NCBI GenBank assembly: GCA_000165425.1
Contig: CT867992.1
Coordinates: 248,001-303,662 of the forward strand
Source: Paramecium tetraurelia
Lineage: Eukaryota
Direction of reading: 5' to 3'
Length of the DNA stretch: 55,662 nucleotides
Below, piece after piece: positions 50,001 through 55,662 of the stretch. The notes beneath the pieces were generated by a model. That model was not told where the DNA came from, searched no databases, and saw nothing but the letters and a program-made list of their open reading frames with translations. The translations under genes and the position numbers were made by a program. Numbering within the stretch: position 1 is the first letter of the stretch; each line of letters begins with the position of its first letter.

Positions 50001-53000
50001 CTCAAGAATTATTAAAATATCAACCCGTTTTAACAGAACTTACAATTTATTGATGAAAAAATAAGGTTGTTTAATTTAAGGTAAGTTAAATCTGTAAGAT
50101 CTAAGAATAATAGCAATCCTGAATTTTCATTAACTAGAATGACATTCTCTTCCTATTCATATTATTCTTCAATTTGTAATATGATACAATTTCCATAAGA
50201 AAACTGTTAATTTGTTGACAATTATTGCAAATTGAGTGGTGCTGTCTTCTTTCTATCATTAGAAATGCATTAAAAATATGTTTTTTAGTCTAATACTGTC
50301 GATTATTCACAATTGTAGCTCTTTAGCTACAATACTATTGAAATATTCTAAACTTGTAGATTATTTATTTAAATTTTGCTTGGTTCATCTAAAAAATATC
50401 ATTACATATATATACATAAATTTTGATTCAATTTTAGTAAACAATTATTAATAAGACCATGAGAAGCTGTAAAATTGTTGATAGAAACTATTTAAGCATT
50501 TTATATTATAAGGGCAGATTCCATAAAGATATTGTCAATATCCACATTATAAATGATAAGATTAATAACAGAATCAAAGAAAAATAAGGCTCTATTATTT
50601 ATCAAAGCTAATTGATCTGAATTAGATAACTAAGTATATTAATTTAGATAATTTATAAATCCATCTTAAGTGTTTTGAATAAAAATAGAATTTAGTTTAA
50701 CTATTTACTATACCGATGGTACATTAGAAAAAACAACATAAATGAAGGATCCAAGTTTGGAATAGATATTTCTAATATATAATTGAATAATTGAAATTGA
50801 AATAATTGGAGAATCTGATTTTATGTAAATGAATCCTCCATCTTCTTTAGCAGTGATATCATTAATTTTTAATTGAGATATTGACAAGTTGAGAGTTTCT
50901 GATGTAGTTCCATCTAAATATATCGATCCGCCTTATCCTAAATCTTTAGTAAATAAGGTCGAAATATTCTTGAACTAAGTCTCAGAAATTGTAACTATAC
51001 TATTTCTTTAGGCTTGTATATATAGTGCTCCTCCTTAAAAACCTACTGATTATTCAAAATGACAAAACTTGATTTCTAGGTTCTCCACCAAAAACTAACC
51101 AACTCCTGAATTCGACTTGACTTAAAAAATACTGTTTATTTGTTGATATGATACTTCTTCTGATTCTCCAAACCCCCATAATAAAAAGGGTTGCATGTAT
51201 TGATAATTAAAATAACTATTTTAATAAAAAGTATTGTTTGTCATTTTCAACTATTGGCTTTTTATGAATATTAAATTATCTGTGCTGTTGTAGAGGGTAT
51301 TTTAAGAAAAATGAGAGTTGGTTATTGTTATTAAGCCCAAAATGCAATTGAAGTTTAATAGTAATGACGAGATTTGAAGATTGTTCTAAACGTATTCATG
51401 TAAAATATTGCCAATAAATGAAACATTCTTAACTTCCAAAGTTGTCTATTGTATTGACTCTATAAAAATGATTGCCGTTTAAAATTATGAATTTGATAGA
51501 AGCAATAAATTTTATTCAACAACGAAATTAATTAAACGTATTTTTTCTAGTTATGATTATGTTATGCTATCAGAGGATTTGTAATATATGACTGGAGAAT
51601 TGTAGGATTAAATGTTTCTTATTTGCATATCAATTATTTCAAAATCAAGCACTGACGTAATGAAGAGTGATTATAAATAGTACTGACCTTAGACTTATTA
51701 TAATTGGCAATCAAGGTATTAATGAAGTCCAAGAAATTTATGTTCGTCACTTTAAGTTATTATACTAGATACTATTCTTAAAACTTTTGCATCTTGTATA
51801 CTAATTTCTTTCAATCCATATCCCCTATAAATATTGATATTTGCTAAATAAACTTCATCTAGTTAAATGTACATTAGAGCAAGATTTTAGGTTTTCAAAT
51901 TAAAATTAGAATTAATTGATGTAGCAAAATTATTAGATATTATTAAATTATTGATTCTAGTATAAGAATATCCATAATTGTATTTGTTAAAACATATCAA
52001 CTTTGTAGTTTAATGATATTCATTATGCTCTAAAATAATATTAGTAAACTCCATTAATAAATTATTTTCAAATGATTAATTAGAATTAAGAATTCCATAA
52101 CTAAATTATTTAAATTAGTTGTCTTTAATCATTACATCTTTTAAATTACTGTAACTATTAAGAATGATAAGAGTTGAGTTTTCAATTGTCGAATTAAAAA
52201 ATGAAATTCCAGATAGGCAAATTTCATTAAAATAAAGCCAGCTCATAAATTTCAAACAATTAAGTAAATCTATTTTAAAATTGATATTTTTAATTATAAG
52301 TTTGCTATATTACTTTTCATTTCCAGTTTCTACAAAAGTTGAATTAGTGAATTATGCATTTATATATAAATCTGATAGCTCGACGATATCTTAATTGTTT
52401 AGACAAAAAAAAAGCGTGATTTAATTGTTTAAAATTGAATTTAAGATCTCAAAATTTTGAAGTTTAATCAATTTACTAAAGGAAGTATTTGTAATTTAAA
52501 TAAACTTATCAATATTATTTTGAATAAGATCTATTATTTTGAAATTATTGATATTTAATTAAGTAACATTTGAAAAAATTAATTAAGATTAATCTATTTT
52601 CTATGAGATTTGTTAATATATGGAAGAATCTATAACAATTACTTAAGGCAATAAGCTTTAAAATATTAGTTATTTTAAATAATTGTTTGATTAAGGTTAG
52701 AATATACCTCCTAATATTGTAATTTTATTAAAGTTCTAAAATGTTATTGTTCTTTCAAATTAAATGATAGTATTTTTATTAAAATTTATTTACAATTCGA
52801 CATTTCTAGAAAGATAAAGGTTACTATTTACATAGCTGAAAAGATATTCTAACTAAAGATCTATTAAATTGTTGCATTTCCATTAATTTTACATGTTTAA
52901 GGTTTGACACTTTTAATTTGAAGAAAAATTGTCTTAATCAATTTAGAATTAGCTTAGAAATAAAAATGATCATTCTCAAACTAATTAATTAAAGAATACT

Positions 53001-55662
53001 AATTACTTCTTTAAAACTTGATCCAGAAAAAAGATCCTCCAACATTATATTGCTTTTTTTAAATTACTCCTTGTTGTAATCAGTCTACTATTCATTTAAT
53101 GCTGTTATGAAATCTTACTAAGAGCAAAATAAATTAATAGGAATTATGAGTTATTTTTCACATTATTCTATATTTATACAATCAATGAAGCTTCCTAATT
53201 CCTAATCAAAATAATATTCTTAATCCTCAAAACTTTATAAACATTAGTATGTGTTTGTGATATATTTTTCATTATTAAAAAAAGGATTAATTAAGTAAAT
53301 CTCTTCTTATGATCGTATCCTACATAATGCACAATTTTAAGGACATTCTATACATTCATTTTCTGATAAACTTAATTTTCTTCCTTAATATTCAAGCTGG
53401 CATCTTATACATTGATTCCTTCCATTTATATACTAGCATTCTAAACATGAATCTGGACAAGCTTTTATACAATTATCATTTACTAATTCATCTCCTTTTT
53501 TACAAAAAGTGCATATAATTTCATAATCATCCTACGCTTCACTTTACGCATAGAGTTTAAAGGGATGATCATCATTTGAATTAATAAAAAGTTAATAAAA
53601 TGCTCTTATATATATTTTCCAAGAATCTTTCAGTAACTTCTACTGTTAAGTACAATATAAACAGTTCTAATCTGATGGACATTGGAAGCATTTACCTGAT
53701 ATTCTGTCAGCATAATATCCCTGTTTGCATATCAAACAAATATGAACTATACCTGTATATGTTACCTTTTCTCTTAAACAAGTTTCGCAATTTTCTATGT
53801 ATCCTGGACATTAGAGATTGAATTGAACAATTTTATATCTTATTTATTCATCATACGCTTAATGAATCATACAATACTGTATTGATGTAACAAAAAGGCT
53901 AAAATCATTTGGATCAAATGCAAGAGATATCAATTCACCATAATCATTTGTATCATAATATGTTTAGAGCAAATTATTCAATTTAAATTCATCAAGAAAA
54001 GTAGAATTGCTAAGACGTTCAGCAAAAAGGAAAAAACATTTGTCATCAGGTTATAATAAACAATTATTGGTTTCCATAATTAGAACATAACTAAAATGAC
54101 ATCTCCCACATGTTGTAATAATATTTTGCCAATCATTTCTTGGGGTAAAGTTGAGATCAAGAGTATTAACCTAGAAATCATTTGACAAGGCCTAAAAAGC
54201 ATAATGACAATTCTAGATTTTATTCTCAAAGCAATTTATACCATCAAATGATAAAAAGTACTTTGAATCATCTAAGCATTTTAAACATCTTAGATATTTT
54301 GTATCTGTATTAGAATCATGATATTTCTGGCAAAGCGCACAGAAATTTCCACAACTGACACATTTCCCATCATCTAAAGCATAACCCTTTAAACAAGATT
54401 AACATTGTAAGCTGTTTGATTCAAGGTTATGCTCACAAGTTAAACAAGTGAATGGGCATTCATAAAAATTGCTGTTATATTGATACATTCCTATTTTAGT
54501 TTGCAAACAATTTCCATCACTTGATGCTAATAAACAATTGATATTTGTGAAGATGCAGTCTTCGTTTTAAAAGTAGTAATTAGGCTTACATTTTGCATTT
54601 ACTTATTTGCCTAAATGATAATATTTAGTTCTAAAGCAACTGTAATCTAATTCAATATCACAAAAATCCATAAATCCTGAATGAAGCGTGATTACACTAT
54701 TTAAATCAATCAGATAAAAGTCATAGTTAAATTTGTCTCTCTTTACTTATTCGAATGCACTCTAAGCAGTATATTTTTCAGAGATTAAGTCATATTTACA
54801 TATAGGTTTTAAATACCAAGTCAATGGATAATAAATGCAATCAACACATAGAATGTCATAGGTATTGGATTATGGACTAAAATTAATTAAATATATTACC
54901 AAATTTTACATTCAAAAGAATTGTTTTTATTTGGATAGAGAAAGTACCCAAATTCACATTAAGCTTCAGCATAACGAGTTCCTTCTAATTAGTAAACAGA
55001 AGAATACTCATCCTCAAATGCCCTACAAACCTTCTCATCTGGAATATCGATATATCCATGATTGCATTTGCATTTTTTTTGTTCAATCAAATAATGTCTA
55101 TTAGTGTTTTCTTAACAATTGATACAATTATTTTCAAGAGGCCCATTGCAAGTCTGACAAGAGTAATGACAAACTTATATTAATTGTAAAATTATACCAT
55201 TAAATAGCATCTATTTATCATCCATATAATTGTATTCAAATTTGAAATCATAAAGGGATGCCTGAAGCAATTCTATAGCAAATTCATCCGATCCCAAATA
55301 AAGATATAAAGGAGAATTGCATATTGAGGCTATATTTTTCATTGTTCTTTAGAGATTTAACTCATTAAAAAATTGTACATATAATAAAGTCCTAAATTAA
55401 CTTGTTGAACCTTATTCATAGTGTAAATAATGCCATTATTATACAACTAAAAGAAAAATGTAATTGTCTATAATCCTTCAAAATAATGATTAGTAGACCA
55501 ATCATTAAAAAGTGTTGGAGAATAATTAATTATCGGGCCACCAATCTTTCCAATTATTGGTATCATATGGAAATCATTAAAAATTTCAATTTAACTTAAT
55601 TTCGGTTCAATTTTGTTTAAGTGTGCTTATAAAATAAATAATTCATCACCAAAATATGTTTA
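47098..55662 (-). CDS. Giant ciliate membrane protein: furin/EGF-like Cys repeats, right-handed beta-helix (GGAI/FxxN) region, multi-pass C-terminal domain; 5'-truncated
   Basis: CHYSCQTCNGP and many CxxC repeats (53000-55200). GGALYIQA, GGSIYLD, GGFIYIK, GGAIFVK, GGGIYLF motifs (49600-51050). CFKGHIGALCEQCD, ILIKMLTNYLQII, YSLDCFL, WGYLYNEYTKSAYFWEVIKI. Introns near 48549-48570 and 55476-55498. Confidence 0.88.

Noticed and set aside
53309..55104. Plus-strand ORFs at 53309, 53600 and 54865
   Set aside because: Antisense to the Cys-rich repeats of the giant minus-strand gene.
55449..55498. Apparent in-frame TGA, frameshift or non-canonical GA-AG intron in the giant membrane gene
   Set aside because: A canonical 23-nt intron (gtctactaatcattattttgaag, 55476-55498) removes the TGA and restores the frame (DW|IIDNYIFLLVVQQWHY).
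1..55662. CRISPR arrays, prophage, rRNA/tRNA genes, telomeric C4A2/C3A3 tracts, retained IESs
   Set aside because: No repeat-spacer arrays, structured-RNA signatures or telomere repeats were seen. Reconstructed genes are interrupted only by canonical introns, consistent with macronuclear DNA.

Overview
AT-rich, gene-dense eukaryotic DNA from a ciliate macronuclear chromosome, most likely Paramecium. Genes read through only with genetic code 6 (TAA/TAG = Gln, TGA the only stop) and after removing 20-31 nt GT-AG introns. The supplied standard-code ORF track is therefore fragmented and often antisense. About 36 genes can be reconstructed by eye. They include an MFS sugar transporter 3' end, ARP6, a membrane-anchored RBR E3 ligase, a His-rich monothiol glutaredoxin, Rib72/EFHC, a histidine phosphatase, a CAMK-type kinase, a degenerate GBP-like protein, a MORN protein, a trichocyst matrix protein, a divergent Rab, IMP1, a CRC/tesmin protein, SAXO, eIF2B-beta, a RAD5/HLTF-like helicase, a Gpt2/Sct1-like acyltransferase, a CNBD channel with a degenerate filter, SHIPPO/ODF3-like and ABHD-like genes, and a giant Cys-rich/beta-helix membrane protein running off the right end. 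The most notable observation is a pair of membrane-anchored methyltransferases resembling the mycobacterial Rv2952/fatty-acid O-methyltransferase family, one intact and one with a degenerate SAM motif, near other lipid enzymes. No rRNA, tRNA, CRISPR array or intact mobile element was recognised. Gene models and family assignments come from manual translation and remembered motifs, not database searches. CDS coordinates span introns.
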